Shown piece by piece: positions 46,101 through 59,535 of a stretch of DNA of 64,000 nucleotides (position 1 is its first letter; each line of letters starts with the position of its first letter). The position numbers and the translations under genes were made by a program. Source of the stretch: Macrostomum lignano (taxonomy: Eukaryota); contig NIVC01001275.1 in assembly GCA_002269645.1 (NCBI GenBank), positions 186,001 through 250,000 on the forward strand, given 5' to 3'. The notes beneath the pieces are model-generated. The model had not been told where the DNA came from and did not search any database. It saw nothing but the letters and a program-made list of their open reading frames with translations.

Positions 46101-46925
46101 GGCTCTTTTATGTTCAACATGGTGGCTCTTTAATGTTTGACATGGGGTCTCTTCAATGTTTGACATGGAGTTACGTATATGTTTGACATGGTGGCTCTTT
46201 AATGTTTTACATGTAGTCACGTATATGTTTGACATGGTAGCTCTTTTATGTTTGACATGTAGTCACGTATATGTTTGACATGGTGGCTCTTATATGTTTG
46301 ACATGGTAGCTCTTTTATGTTTGACATGGTGGCTCTTTAACGTTTCGTATTTTGTGTTTTTTAAGGTGTTTTAATAAAAAAAACATTTTTCACTACTAAG
46401 ATTCGAACCAAGGTCGCTACATTAGCATTCCAGTCTGTTTGCATCCGGCTATCTCTTTTCAATTGGAGAACATGACTTGTGGCCCTTATAATTCAATACT
46501 TACAGCAAGTCGGTTAGAGTAAAAAGTTATGACATAATCAATTTCTCAGTCAGCCAGTATCAGTCTCAATTTAAGTTAGCAATAGGGTTACGCAATTTCA
46601 ATCAAGTCTTGTGTGCGTTTCTGTGGCACTGTTTTCACCTTGTTGTGATGCAATCTTTATCACAATCGGAATTGAGCCAGTCAGTTTTTTCTCTAGCATT
46701 CTTACAATGCATTTCAAGTCGAAAATTTGGCTTGACCTTTGCAAAAAAGCATGTTTTTCGAATATTTAATCCCTTTAACATTGAGCAATTTCTTAGCCAA
46801 GATGCATGTACCGTGCCAGGAAAATTTCTGATCGAATGGTGCAAGTTTGAAGAAAATCGGTTGAGCCAATTTTTCTGAAATCTATCGCATAGCTACAGAC
46901 ATTTCATTTTTAGTATATAGGAGGA
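43141..46925 (-). mobile_element. non-autonomous Helitron (3.8 kb) with internal satellite arrays
   Basis: Minus strand reads A|TCCTCCTATATACTAAAA at the 5' end (46925) and CTAG|T at the 3' end (43144-43141). A ccccc-gat-ggggg hairpin lies 12 nt from the end, and the insertion is between A and T with no TSD. Confidence 0.78.
43270..46335. repeat. two tandem modules, each an 18-bp array (agatagcaagcatccccc) followed by a 23-bp array (tttaatgtttgacatggtggctc)
   Basis: 18-mer blocks at 43270-43440 and 45190-45480; 23-mer blocks at 43540-45190 and 45570-46335. Confidence 0.92.
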
Positions 46926-47448
46926 TGCTTAGTAGTAAACCCGAAGGGTGAAGACGCTTTGGTGAAAAGTTGTTTTTTACAAAAAATTCTATAGTTTTTC
47001 CCACAGCCATTTTTATGCGCAATATGTTATTCTATCACTATGCCAATGGCATCAATATGCCAATAATAAATGAATAACCAATTTTACAACATTTTTTCAA
47101 TCAATTATTAATCAATTAAACGCATTAGAAGCATTATAGGCCCTAAAGTCTCTAAAAAGTCGCAAAAGAAGTGCTTGGCAGATAGAAAATGCATGCCTAT
47201 CTACTATCACCTATGGCTATAAACCCAGTGAGCTATAAACTTGGCAAAATGACACAAAATTTGGCAAACAAAAATGCATTGAAAATTTTCGTGTATTCTT
47301 TGGCCTAGCAAGCATTGCAACTCTGTTCAATAGAAGCCATTCCCATTTTTTCACCAGTAGGGCCTATTATTAAATAATTGATAAAACAAGGGTGGGGGTT
47401 AATTTTACTAAGTAATAATAGGCCTAGTTCCCAGTGAGCTCCGCGAAA

Positions 47449-47497
47449 CCCACAAACCCAAGGACACGCGCGAAGCGCGTGTCCTTGGGTTTGTGGG
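47449..47497. other. perfect 23-bp-stem palindrome with GAA loop (GCGAAGC apex); second 9-bp-stem GCGAAGC hairpin at 47555-47575
   Basis: cccacaaacccaaggacacgcgc-gaa-gcgcgtgtccttgggtttgtggg. Confidence 0.95.
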
Positions 47498-49756
47498 GTG
47501 AGCGGAGCGAACGCGCGAGGCACAAAGTGCCGAGCATGAGGAACAAACAGCCAGCCAATGCGCGAAGCGCATTGGGTGGTCTGGCTTGTGACGAATATAA
47601 TAATATGAGACGTGTGCATCGAAAAAATGACAAGAAAAATCTCACAAAAACTGCTGTAACTTCAAAACTACAAGTGCGAATTTCACAAGTGAGGTGTCAT
47701 TTTAAAGAGAAGAATCTGATCTATTTAACGAGTATAGTTTTGTATGGATTCACTGCGGAGAAAAGGAACAGGCTTCAGTTGAAATGTTTGTCTTAAGATT
47801 ATGTCTTTACAAAAGTGCATTTCCTCATGCACATTAAAACTCGAGCTAAAAATGTTCGAGGGTTATAGGTGCGCCTTACTAAGATGCATAACATTATTGG
47901 GTTGTTTTTTTCAATTGTATCAAAAAGTTGGCACTTTGGTTGCAAAAAATGCAAAAATTGAAAATGTACTTTTACAGTTTTTTGCATTTTTTTCTATACT
48001 GCTAATAGTTAAGCATACATACTATGCACCAATTGATGCGCAATTCAAAGATACACAAGTGTGGAAGTTTTCAATTCTTAAACATTTGAAATCAGAAAGT
48101 TATCGACGAAAGACTAAAAATCATGATCTCAAACTGATTTGAGGAAAAGTGCTCATTATAATTTTTGGAATATGGAAGAAACAATTCAACGCCGTCATCT
48201 AATTCCAAACTAACTGTACTTTAAGGTACTGCGATGATTTTTTTATTGAAAGAGCGAAACCTGTTTAAATATTTGAAAAAATGGAAAAAAAGTACCTTTT
48301 TTCATAGAAATACACTCTTTTGACTGCTTAATCCGATTTCCAACAACAAAATAGTTGCTTTCCTGCTGGTGCAAACCGTTATTAGGGTGAATTTTCAAAA
48401 TTGCATACTGTGCCAAAAGTAAACTGAAGCTTAATATTTATAAACATTAGAAACGGGACCACTAATGGGTATTTTACTTTGGTTACTTACTATGGACTAA
48501 ACTGGCACTGGCAGAGACAGATTTGAGAGAAACTAATTGCTCCATTGTATTTGTATTTGGCTCCAGCGTTACAAATTACAATAGCTATTTCGGGGTCTAA
48601 CCGGCTAAGTTATCAAAAAAGCTAGATACCAATCACCAGTTTCATCATCAGCTATACCTACCACGATTTTATAGTCACATGCAACAGTAATACCCTCCTT
48701 TAAAAGTTTTCAATATCTAAAATGATGTGTTAAATTTTATAAAATTTCATAAACAGTGAAATTTTAGCTGTTTACGTGCTGGTGGTTTGAACGTAGCTAC
48801 TTTGTGCGAAAATACACTGTCATTAATACCGTACCTATTATTGTATTTATTGTATTGAAAGTTGATGTGTAAATTGTACTTTTCTATTTTTTTGTCATTC
48901 GTTATCGCACTCGGGCCGGCCTGCCTGCCTTGTGGGGTGTGGTGGCCTTGGCCACTTTCTCCCCCTTCTGCTAGGATCCAAAGCAAGCTTTCAAGTGTAC
49001 ATTTAATATTATCGATCGATTATTTAAAACAAGCCTCTAGTGGCTGGTGTTGAGAGTGAGTGGCCTTGAGTGTACGCGAAAGCAAGAGGAAGCCCATGGG
49101 CGGACTATATGAACCTTCCTTTAGTGGAAAGTTGGGCCTTGTACATTGGATAGTGTACGCTACACAAGACAGAAGGTAAAGAAAAAGAGAACGACAGGCT
49201 AGCCAATAGCGATAGCATGTGCTTCTTTCTCTCCAGTCCACTATGGTAGGGGGGGGAGGGGGTGTCAGACGGCCCAACTCTAACCCCCATACCCAAAACA
49301 GCGTACATGTAGAATAAGAAGGGATTGGGTCCAGATAAGTCTTCCCAAATGTACATGTATGTACAAAGACAAACACAGACAAGAAAAATGGCTCTAAAAA
49401 CCATTGTTATTGTTACACTGTGTGTCTATTTTTATTAACTTGACTTTGACTTGTCTTTACTCTAGCATGGTCAAGGATAATTACTGTTACTTCATACCTA
49501 ATTTACAATTAATTGCATAAGATTAAGAAGGAATAATACAATCGAGGTCGAACCCATGATCACTTGACCCACCCACCCATGATCACTTCTGATTCTGACC
49601 TACATGTATCTACTATATCCTGCCAGTTTCTCCAGTTTTATGGGTCTTGGTGTCGGTGATTCGAGCAATTCCATTACATTTTATCGGTGCAGTGCGTCTA
49701 TTAATGCTTAGCTACTTGTATATGTGTTGCAGAACTTATGCTCGTAGTTTCCCTTC

Positions 49757-50538
49757 TAGGGATGTTGACCCCGGGAGTGCTCCCCGGGGAGCTTGTCGGG
49801 GAATACTCTCCGGGGAATTTAACCGGGGACCCTGGGGAGAAAAAATATGAAAAAATGCATTTGTAACTTAATTTTTGCCATTAAAATAAGAAACTGATTC
49901 ACAGAAAGCTGATTGAAACTCTGTCTATGCTCTTTTACCGCATAATTGCTTATTTCAATGCATTACATGTATAATTTGAAACACAACACACGTTTGATTG
50001 TTTTTTCACTAATAAGTCATTCAATCAAGCAAATTGCACGTAGAAAAGAAACCCGTCAGGAAAAAGAAGCCTTACTGACTAGTGACTGCTGTGCTGGTCT
50101 GCGTTGACGGCTTGACGCAGGCGCAGCGCTGCGTCATGCGTCAGGCACTGACGCATAGGGGGGTGTCATACATATACTCCCTATTAGACAAGGACAAAAT
50201 GGTGATTTACATATATATGCAAGAAATAAAATTCCGATTATAAAAACAGTCTCATTCATTAATTATCCTCTCACGAGCGTAGCTGTTTAGCATGCATTCC
50301 AACAAATGCACTTTTCCGATAAAGGTGCGCGCACGATTTCGTGATGCCACATTGTCAAATACAGTTTAAAAAAACATTGTTTAAAATTTTTACCCCTGCG
50401 CCTTGAACATGTAGTACAAAGCTTAAATCAAAGTTTAAAAAATTCCACTTACAATTTAAGTGATCCGCCGTTTTTACTTATTTTTTCTTTTCACCGGGGT
50501 CCCCGATAAGATAATTCCCTGGGGAATCGACATCCCTA
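49757..50538. mobile_element. hAT-type MITE (~780 bp)
   Basis: TIRs are TAGGGATGTTGA / TCGACATCCCTA (Ac-like TAGGGATG) with ccgggg subterminal repeats. ttcccttc occurs on both flanks (49749-49756 and 50540-50547, offset by 1 nt), consistent with an 8-bp TSD. Confidence 0.72.
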
Positions 50539-51370
50539 ATTCCCTTCCTATAAATCATTTGACGTTAGAGACATTTTACAACTCTCGCCCTACTTTATCT
50601 ATTAGGCTAACTTTATGTATGACACGACGCAAAATATTAGGAGCATCAGCGTTAATAATGCCTTGAAAGTCTTTAAATAATCGATACAACACTAGGTATT
50701 ATAAAATTCCAACCCCAAAGCTCACTGGGGCGAAAAGACTTTGTCTTCATTAACTAGTAATAAAGACATTGTTATTGGTAGTATAATTATTAGATAGGCC
50801 TAGGCCTAGGCCTAGTATTAGCAAGTAGAAAGACCATAGTCTGAATCATGCTAGGCTAGGTGCATGCCTGAACAAAAGTTGAATAGTTACAATGCACACA
50901 AAAAAGTTGAGTGCATAGCCATATTCTCAAAGCTAGACTAGAGCCTAGTGCCCAGGCCCCAAGTAGGCCCCTATTGTGTCAATAAATAACCTTTTTTGCA
51001 TTGCAACAGTAAATGTTACATAAATGACCCTTTTTTATGCTAATAATTTGGTTGATTATTCATCTTTTTTGTTTATACTATATATAGCCAAAAATCAACA
51101 TATAAACATTTGTTTAAACACCTTATTTGTTATTATAAGTTTTTCAAAGTAGAAAGCTTAAAATTTATGCTTTAAAATCTACTTTTCCATGTTTTTCTAT
51201 TTTTTTCCACTTAACATTAACTTTTCTGCATGATTCTATCAAGTGCATACTAGGTATGCATACACATTATTTTTTAGGGTAATAGCAATACCTAACTTTT
51301 GGTATACAAGGCAAATGCATGCCAAAATTTTTGTGCATATACTACATGATCCAGAGTTTGGCAGGACAAA

Positions 51371-53291
51371 TCTCTACATATAAAAATCAAAACTTTGTCT
51401 GTCTGTCTGTCTGTGTGTGGACAATTTTGATCGCTATGGACTCCCAAACCGCTCAACCAAATTACACCAAACTTTACACCCACCCTAAACTTACTACGGA
51501 GAATGTCTTAGGCTACCTTTTAATTTCCTAAATTTGAGTCTTCCTACCTAAAAGTACAAAAAAACTGCTCAAAATGCGCGATTTTTTCACTTAATCCTCC
51601 ATAGCGCCGCTCCACTTCTACCGATTCTCTTCAAATTTGACACAGGCAATTTTCAACTATTTTGACACAATCGTGTAAAATTTCAAATCTCAAAGTTAAT
51701 CCTGAAAGCCGCTGTGCACTTTTAAAGTTTGGCTGTTTTTTTCAGCGTAGCAACCACCCCAACCTCCACCCGCCTGCCTCTCTTTCCCGATCCCGATCTG
51801 GGCCCAGATGTGTAAAAGGGTTTCAAAATTGACTAACTTTCAGCTGCCATAAGTTTGCTCCACGTAAAGCGATTGACTTCAAACTTGACACAATTCTTCA
51901 TTGACTCATTCTCTGTCTAAATGTAAAGTTTCAACTCTGTAACTCAACCGAAAAAGAAACTGTAAGCATGTGAAGTTTGTCTGCTTTTTCTGTTGTTTGT
52001 GCCACTCACTCACTCATTGCCCCAGAGCCAGACGAAGGGTCAGGCGATAGGACTGAATGTACATAGCAAATGTACAGTGTTTTGGATTAACTTTATTTAT
52101 AGCCTTCTCTGCACCCCGAGAGTGGAGAGGCTACGTTTAGCCATAACAGTTTAGTGAGAAATTCTAACCACTGCCCTCCCCTCTGTATTGGCAAACTCTG
52201 CAGCAGTTTAACAGTGGATGGCAATTGGCAAATCGAGGGAATCCAGCATGGTTTGTAAAAGCTAAAGATTTATGAAAAGGCGATGTGATGCAATGCAATA
52301 CAACCCTACTAAATTAGGCACACCAGGGAAATTTTAGGTTTCTTTTAAAGGTACTATGTAAATTTTAAATGGCCTCCTAAGAAATGCGTATTTCCTTGGT
52401 TTTTAGACTGATGCAGACTGCAGTGGAGCTGAAGATACACAAATTCCTTTCAGGACTGCAAATTAGCAAGAAAGATGACGTGATCCAAGCATGAGAACAA
52501 CCATGAGTGTACTACGTCCCACAAACTGGCTTTCCAAGCAGGGATGGGCAGACTTTTACCTCAAAGGCCAGATAAAGAATCCAGCTCATAGCTAAGGGGC
52601 AGATGAAAGTGGAAAGAAGAAGGAATAGACGATTCGAAGAGAGGAGAGGCGACAGAGGGGATAAAAGAAAAGATAAAAGATAATAGGAGAGATGAGGGGG
52701 TGAGGACGATGAGAGAGAGGGGAGAGAGGAAAAGCGAGAGGAGAGAGTAGAGATGAGAGAACAGAGAGCTGCAGATGAGAGGAGAGAGGAGACAGCAGAG
52801 AGGAGAGCAGAGAGGAAACAGGTGAAAGAAGAGATGAGAGAGTAAAGGGAAGAGAGAAGAGATAAAGATACATCTCTACATCTCTAAGGTTCTAGAGATG
52901 AGAGAGATGGAAGGAGAGATAAGAGATAACAGAGAGAGGAGAGTGGAGTGAGAGAAGAGAGGGAGACAGAGTATAGAAAAGGGAAGAGAAGAGAAAAGAA
53001 GAAAGGAGAAAGGAAAGTGAGGAGTCAAAAGAGGGGAAAGAAAAGAGTACAGAGGAGAGAGGTGAGAGAACATATAAGACAGAGATGCCAGATTAAAGAG
53101 GGGGGATGAGAGAGCAGAGACGAGAGTGAACAGATAAAAGATGGGAGAGTAGAGAGAACAGAGGAGAGGTTACAGAGACGAGAGGAGAGAGGAGAGACAA
53201 AGGTAGAGAAGTGAGTGAGGAGAGAGGAGCGGAAAGAGGAGAATGGAGAGGGGAGAGGGGAGAGAGAGAAGGAGAGATAAGAGAGAAAGAC

Positions 53292-53369
<78 letters not shown>

Positions 53370-53932
53370 GGGAGCAGAGAGAAATGAGAAGAGATAAAAG
53401 ATAAAAAAAGAGAAAGGAATGATAAGAGAGCAAAGACGAGAGAGAAAAGAGGTGAGGGAAGAGACGAGAGAAGAGGGGAGAGATGAGAGAGGAGAGGGGG
53501 AGAGAGGAGAAAGGAGAGGAGAGAGAAACGAAGAGACAAGAGATGAGATAAGAGAGATGAAAGAGAAGAGAGATAAGGGAAGATACGAGAGGAGAGAGGA
53601 GAGAGGAGAGACGAGGGACAAGAGAGATGAGAGGAAACAAAGAGACGATAGAAGGATCCAAGGGACGTAGGGAGAGTCAGGGAGAGACCAGAGTTTAGCA
53701 GTATATGTTTTAGAGACAGACAGACATTGCCTGACATTCTGCGCAGTACCCCAGCCAACAATGTCTCAAACCCTAATTTTAGACGAATGTGCTCCATTTT
53801 ATGTCTACCTCTATCCTACTAACTATTAACAAGTTTTTGTTTGTGTATGGCCTTAGATTTCAGAATACATGCAAAAGTAGTTCCGGGTATTGGAATTCCT
53901 CGGGTTCAAAATCCGCGGGTTTCAACAGCTTG
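51371..53932 (+). mobile_element. non-autonomous Helitron with (TGTC)n near the 5' end, a GA-rich core and a CTTG 3' end
   Basis: 5' end A|TCTCTACATATAAAAATC. 3' end ccgggtattggaattcctcgg hairpin ...caacagCTTG|T. Homology with the inverted copy stops exactly at CTTG|T. Confidence 0.7.
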
Positions 53933-55379
53933 TTAATTATAAAGAATTAATAAAGTTAAAAATGTTATATTACTTTTACTAAATAATAGTATTTTTAGCA
54001 TTAAAATAGCAATAAAATTAAAAGATATAATTAAAAATAAAATAGCATTAAAATGGTAACCAGAATAAACAAATGAAAATAAAAAAAGGTTACAAATGAC
54101 TTTCAATTTTTGGGATATATGCAAGCATATCCTAGAACCATGATACCTATGAGTTGGCTAGTCTAGTCATATTAAAGCTACAAAAAGCAGCTATGCAATA
54201 GTATTACTATCTTGATTACATATTTAGCTATCATTGAGGCATTACCCAACCATTGTCTATCAACTATTTGTGACCAGGTTAGCAAAATTCACTCATTTCC
54301 CTAAGTTACATTGGTGTAGATAAATCAAGTGACTAGAATTATATATATGCATGTAATGAAACCTTTGTAAGATAAAAAACAATGCAAGAAAAAGTAACAT
54401 TGATGCTGGCAAGTGCCAAACTGGCTAACTATAGGTATTAGTATAAAACAATTTGAAGCATGCAGCTCTATTTTGCTTTTGCATTTAATTTCTATAGGAA
54501 TAAAACATTCTCCATATGCAGAAGCAAATGGTACAAGCATGAAGAAGCTAGAGATGAAGTATATGTGTAGTATATCCTATATATCATACTGAAATTCAAA
54601 CCTTACTACATTATACCTTTCCCTATAATACATATTTACCTAAAGTCTACAAGTACTTTAAAATGCACTGCCAATAAAACACAATAGAGATACTTGCAAT
54701 AATTGCTAAGTAGAATAATAATTTATTTTGGAAGCAAATAGAAGTCACAAATTTTCTTTGCGACATGCTTCTTATCACTGTACAAATTGTAGCCGTAGCA
54801 TATAGCTTAGTTATTGGATGTCTAATATTAGCCTTGAACCAATGATAGTTGGAACCAATGATAGGGACAAACTCTACTACTGAATACTAACTACAAAAGT
54901 GAGAAAAAGGGCTTATTAGAATGCAATAAACACAGCCTTTCTGTCCTCTCTCCCTTTCTCTTTGTCCTTAATCTCTTTAATTTAAGTTTCTCTTTAATTG
55001 TCCTATATCCTCATGCTTCTTATATGGCATCTTTACTTCTCTTTCTCTATTATTTAAGAAATATTTAAAATTCAAAATTAAAATTGATTTGATTTTTTTA
55101 ATTTAAAACCTGATTGCTAGGTGGCTTGCAGTATGTTATACACCTGCTGGCCATCTCTTAAAATGCATGTTTGATATAATATAGTGCAAAATTTAAAACT
55201 GGCCCCTATCCTATCCCTTTCAATTATTAAATCAACAGCTCCAATGGAAAAAGTCTTACTAAAATATTACTAGATATGGAAAGTATATGTTCCTTTCATA
55301 TGCTTTGTCTAAAAAACCTTTATATCTATAACTTCTCATAGCCATATCTATAGCTACAGTGGAACTCTAATGCGTGACC

Positions 55380-55600
55380 TTGGCCTTGGTAGGATATAAC
55401 AAATAATGACAGTAGCATGGTAGAGGCAGCTATGTGATCAGGCATAGCTACCCAGCCTACCATCAAACACTTTGTTGAACCACATTCTGCCATGTCCAGC
55501 ACCTATTGACCAAGTCAAAAGGCACCTTGTCCTTGATAGAACTTCATGTCATCAATTTTGCAATTTATGCCAGCTAGATTGACTGGGTTAACCAACAGTT
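55380..55600 (-). pseudogene. decayed Merlin/ISXO2-like DDE transposase fragment
   Basis: Minus frame KIDDMKF..QG..GQ*VLDMAECGSTKCLMV..V..PDH resembles the family pattern IDESKF..RG..GQWVFG.VERGS.K...V.DR. Confidence 0.5.
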
Positions 55601-56164
55601 ATGCATGTATATTTGGATATGTATGCATGCATGTATATGCTCATGCATTTAGCATACTGGAAGCATTAATCATAATAAATATAATAATGGGTATAAATTG
55701 CTAGATAAATAGGAGATGCCACTTTTATTCACCTTTGCTTTTGGCAAGGCATCAATACCCTAATTTATATAGTAATGTAACTACTAATATTAGTAGTATT
55801 ACTACTACTGCACTAACTTGCCCAAAGCCACTGGAAATTGAACAAACTACCAGTATAAGCTAAAAGCTGAGTTCTCTGACATCACTAAGGCCTGGCTTTC
55901 TAGATCTTTGCATTAATTCATATTCTCAAATGTAGTATAAGAATATACATATTTTTCTAAAGCATCAGGTTGAAGAATTCTAACTCCCAGCAAAAGTTCG
56001 ATAACTTAGAGATAAGTATGTTACATTTAGAAGCGTGTATAAAAAACTAAGGTTTTAACAGTCCCCGCTGTTATTGTGCTTTATTTTGTGTGAATATGTT
56101 ATCACACGAAGAGAAATCAGTTGGAATTTAGCGAATTAAAACAAAAACACACTGCAGCTGCGCA

Positions 56165-58181
56165 ATGTCGGACAAGTGCTGCTATTTAGTGGAGTTCGAT
56201 TACAAAGCCGACCAGGAGGACGAGCTCTCCATAGTCAAAGGCGAGCTGCTGTACGACGCCGAGCCGGAGGAGGACGGCTGGCTTCGCGGCCGGAACTCGG
56301 CGGGCAGGCGCGGCCTGTTCCCTGACAATTTTGTTAAACCGTGCCGCCTGGCCACCCTGCGCCGGGTTGACCCGAAGCTGCGCGCCTCCGGCTTGGAGGC
56401 CAATTCGGCTGTCTATGCGATGGAGCCGCTGCCAGCTGCCGGATCCGCCGCTGTGGCGACCGTCTACGTGCCCAAGCTGGCCGCCAAGTTTCCCGTCCCG
56501 CTGGCCTATCTGGACATTGACGGCGGGGGTGGCCAGCCGCCGCACGAGCAGCAGCAGCTGCCGTCGCGCCCCCTGCCCGGGATGGCGCCCACCAGCGCAG
56601 TCAGGCAGCACCAGCCGAAGCCTGCGCAGTCGGCGACTGCTGGCGGTTCAGCATCGGCCTCGCTGTCTGATAAGGCCAAGCTGCAGATGCACTCGGACTA
56701 TGTGAAGGTTAGGGAGGCTGGGTTGGAGTGGCTCGGGTATTGGGGCACAGATCCCAATTACAGACACCCAGATCCCAATTACAGACACCCAGATCCCAGT
56801 TACAGACACCCAAATCCCAGTTACAGACACCCAGATTCCAATTACAGACACCAAGATCCCAATTACAGACACCCAGATTCCAATTACAGACACCCAGATC
56901 CCAATTTCAGACACCCAGATCCCAATTACAGACACCCAGATCCCAATTACAGACACCGAGATCCCAATTACAGACACCGAGATCCCAATTACATACACCC
57001 AGATCCCAATTACAGAAGCCCGGGTCCCGAATCCATAAAAATATCCCCATTCACAATCCCTATTTCCATGGCAACGCAGGTGATCCACGCCTACACGGCC
57101 CAGCACCAGGACGAGCTGACCCTCCACATCGGCGACGTGATCCGCGTCACCAACCGCAACCTCAGCGACGACGGCTGGTGGCAGGGCGAGCTGCACGGCC
57201 AGGTCGGCGTGTTCCCCGACAACTTTGTTGAGCCCTGCTCCGCCTCGGCTGCCGCGCCTGCCCGACAGGCCGCCTCCTCGACTGCCGCCGCCGCGCCGGC
57301 CCGGCCGCCTGTCAGCGCCGCCGCCCGGCACCAGAACTCGTCCGGCGGGCTGGACTCCGCCGCTGCACACGCCGGCAGCAACGGCCTGCTGGCTGGCGAC
57401 CACCCGCAGCGGCAGCCGCTGGCCGACGCGGCAGCTGGCAGGCCGCGGCCGGTGGCCGGCAAGAGGCCGCCAAACGGAGCCAATCACAGGGGCCCAGTGA
57501 GTGTCCTACTGGGGATGGGAATCCCAAAGTGTAGGGTATTGGAATCCTACAGTGTAGGGTATGGGAATCCCACAGTGTAGGGTATGGGAATCCCACAGTG
57601 TAGTATGGGAATCCCACAGTATAGGGTATGGGAATCCCACAGTGTAGGGTATGGGAATCCCACAGTGTAGTATGGGAATCCCACAGTATAGGGTATGGGA
57701 ATCCCACAGTGTAGTATGGGAATCCCACAGTTGTAGGGTATGGGAATCCCACAGTGTAGGGTATGGGAATCCCACAGTGTAAAACACGGTAAAGCCAAAT
57801 CCAGGTGACCGCTGGTTGCTAAGGCCCGCATAGCAACTGAGCAGCAATCCATTGAACGCCCCGCAGCATCTGGAAGAGGAGGCCAGCCGCACCGAGAGCT
57901 CCCAGCTGACCACGGCCGCCACGTCTTACAGCGCGGCTGGCGGGTCCGGTCAGCAGCAGCCGGAGACGCTCGCTGAACTGCTTCAGGAGGTGCAGCGCCT
58001 TCGCTCGGAGGCGGCCCAGCGCGACCGGGAGATCCTGGAGCTGAGCAGGTTCAAGCGCACGGCTGTTGACAACATCGCGGGCCTGAAAGAGGAGATCGAC
58101 AATATTAAGAAGAGCTTTCACGCCTGCTGCGTGGACATGGACCGGGTGAAGCGGGAGCTGGCCAGCCTCAGCAGTATCTGA
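56165..58181 (+). CDS. CD2AP/CIN85(SH3KBP1)-like adaptor: two SH3 domains, Pro/Ala-rich linker, C-terminal coiled coil; exons 56165-56707, 57080-57496, 57867-58181 (~424 aa)
   Basis: SH3-1 VEFDYKADQEDELSI...DGWLRG...GLFPDNFVK and SH3-2 DYVK|VIHAYTAQHQDELTL...DGWWQGELHGQVGVFPDNFVE carry the PDNFV signature of this family. Both introns are GT-AG phase 0. The last exon encodes a heptad coiled coil. Confidence 0.85.
56745..57015. repeat. intronic minisatellite, 21-bp unit acagacacccagatcccaatt
   Basis: About 12-13 copies in SH3-gene intron 1. Confidence 0.92.
57510..57780. repeat. intronic minisatellite, ~21-23-bp unit gggtatgggaatcccacagtgta
   Basis: About 11 copies in SH3-gene intron 2. Confidence 0.9.
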
Positions 58182-58411
58182 ATAGGACCGGGTGAAGCGG
58201 GAGCTGGCCAGCCTCAGCAGTATCTGAATAGGACCGGGTGAAGCGGGAGCTGGCCAGCCTCAGCAGTATCTGAATAGGACCGGGTGCAGCGGGAGCTGGC
58301 CAGCCTCAGCAGTATCTGAATAGGACCGGGTGAAGCGGGAGCTGGCCAGCCTCAGCAGTATCTGAATAGGACCGGGTGAAGCGGGAGCTGGCCAGCCTCA
58401 GCAGTATCTGA
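58139..58411 (+). repeat. 46-bp tandem repeat made of the last codons and stop of the SH3 gene
   Basis: ggaccgggtgaagcgggagctggccagcctcagcagtatctgaata occurs 6 times, starting at 58139, 58185, 58231, 58277, 58323 and 58369. Confidence 0.95.
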
Positions 58412-58793
58412 GCAAATGATAAAGGAATCTGATATTGAACAGACATTCACATGAAGTTCATTTGCAATGCACACCACACACCGATTCTGTCAGTTTTTAC
58501 CATTTTTTTACTTTGTGAGACCCAAGATTAATTATAGTCATTGCTTCACGAGTATTAGGAATTTACAAGCCGCCCGCAATTCACAAGTAACAAGGGAATT
58601 CGCATAGTGCATTTTTCTAATTCACCATTTGAGTTGAATGATGTAGCTCGTACATCAACAATCTAATTAGCTTCCTGTGAATTTTCTTCATAATGAATGA
58701 ATTTATATATGCAGCTGTAACATTATTTGTCATTAATTACTAGTAGTGTTCACAACACAAGTTTCGTGAATTTTGTATTTTTTACCATTGGTA

Positions 58794-59450
58794 CAAGCTG
58801 TTGAAACCCGCGGATTTTGAACCCGGGGAATTCCAATCCCCGGAACTATTTTTGCATGTATTCTGAAATCTAAGGCCATAAACAAACAAAAACTTGTTAA
58901 TAGTTCGTAGGATAGAGGTAGACATAAAATGGAGCGCATTCGTGTAAAATTAGGGTCTGAGACATTGTTGGCTGGGGTACTGCGCAGAATGTCAGGCAAT
59001 GTCTGTCTGACTCTAAAACATATATTGCTAAACTCTGGTCTCTCCCTGACTCTCCCTACGTCCCTTGGATCTTTTAAAATTTCTATCATCTCTTTGTTTC
59101 CTCTCATCTCTCTTGTCCCTCATCTCTCCTCTCTCCTCTCTCCCCTCTTCTCTCGTATCTTCCCTCATCTCTCTTCTCTTTCATCTCTCTTATCTCATCT
59201 CTTGTCTCTTCTTTTCTCTCTCCTCTCCTCTCTCCCCCTCTCCTCTCTCCTCTCACCCCCTCTTCTCTCTTATCTTCCTTCTCCTTTCTATTCTTTTCTC
59301 TCTTCTCTTAACTCTCTCCTCTACTCTCTCATCTCTCCCCTCTTCTCTCGTCTCTTCCCACACCTCTTTTCTCTCTCGTCTTTGCTCTCTCATCTTTCCT
59401 TTCTCTTCTTTTATCTTTTCTCTCCTATCTCTTCTCATTTCTCTCTGCTC

Positions 59451-59535
<85 letters not shown>

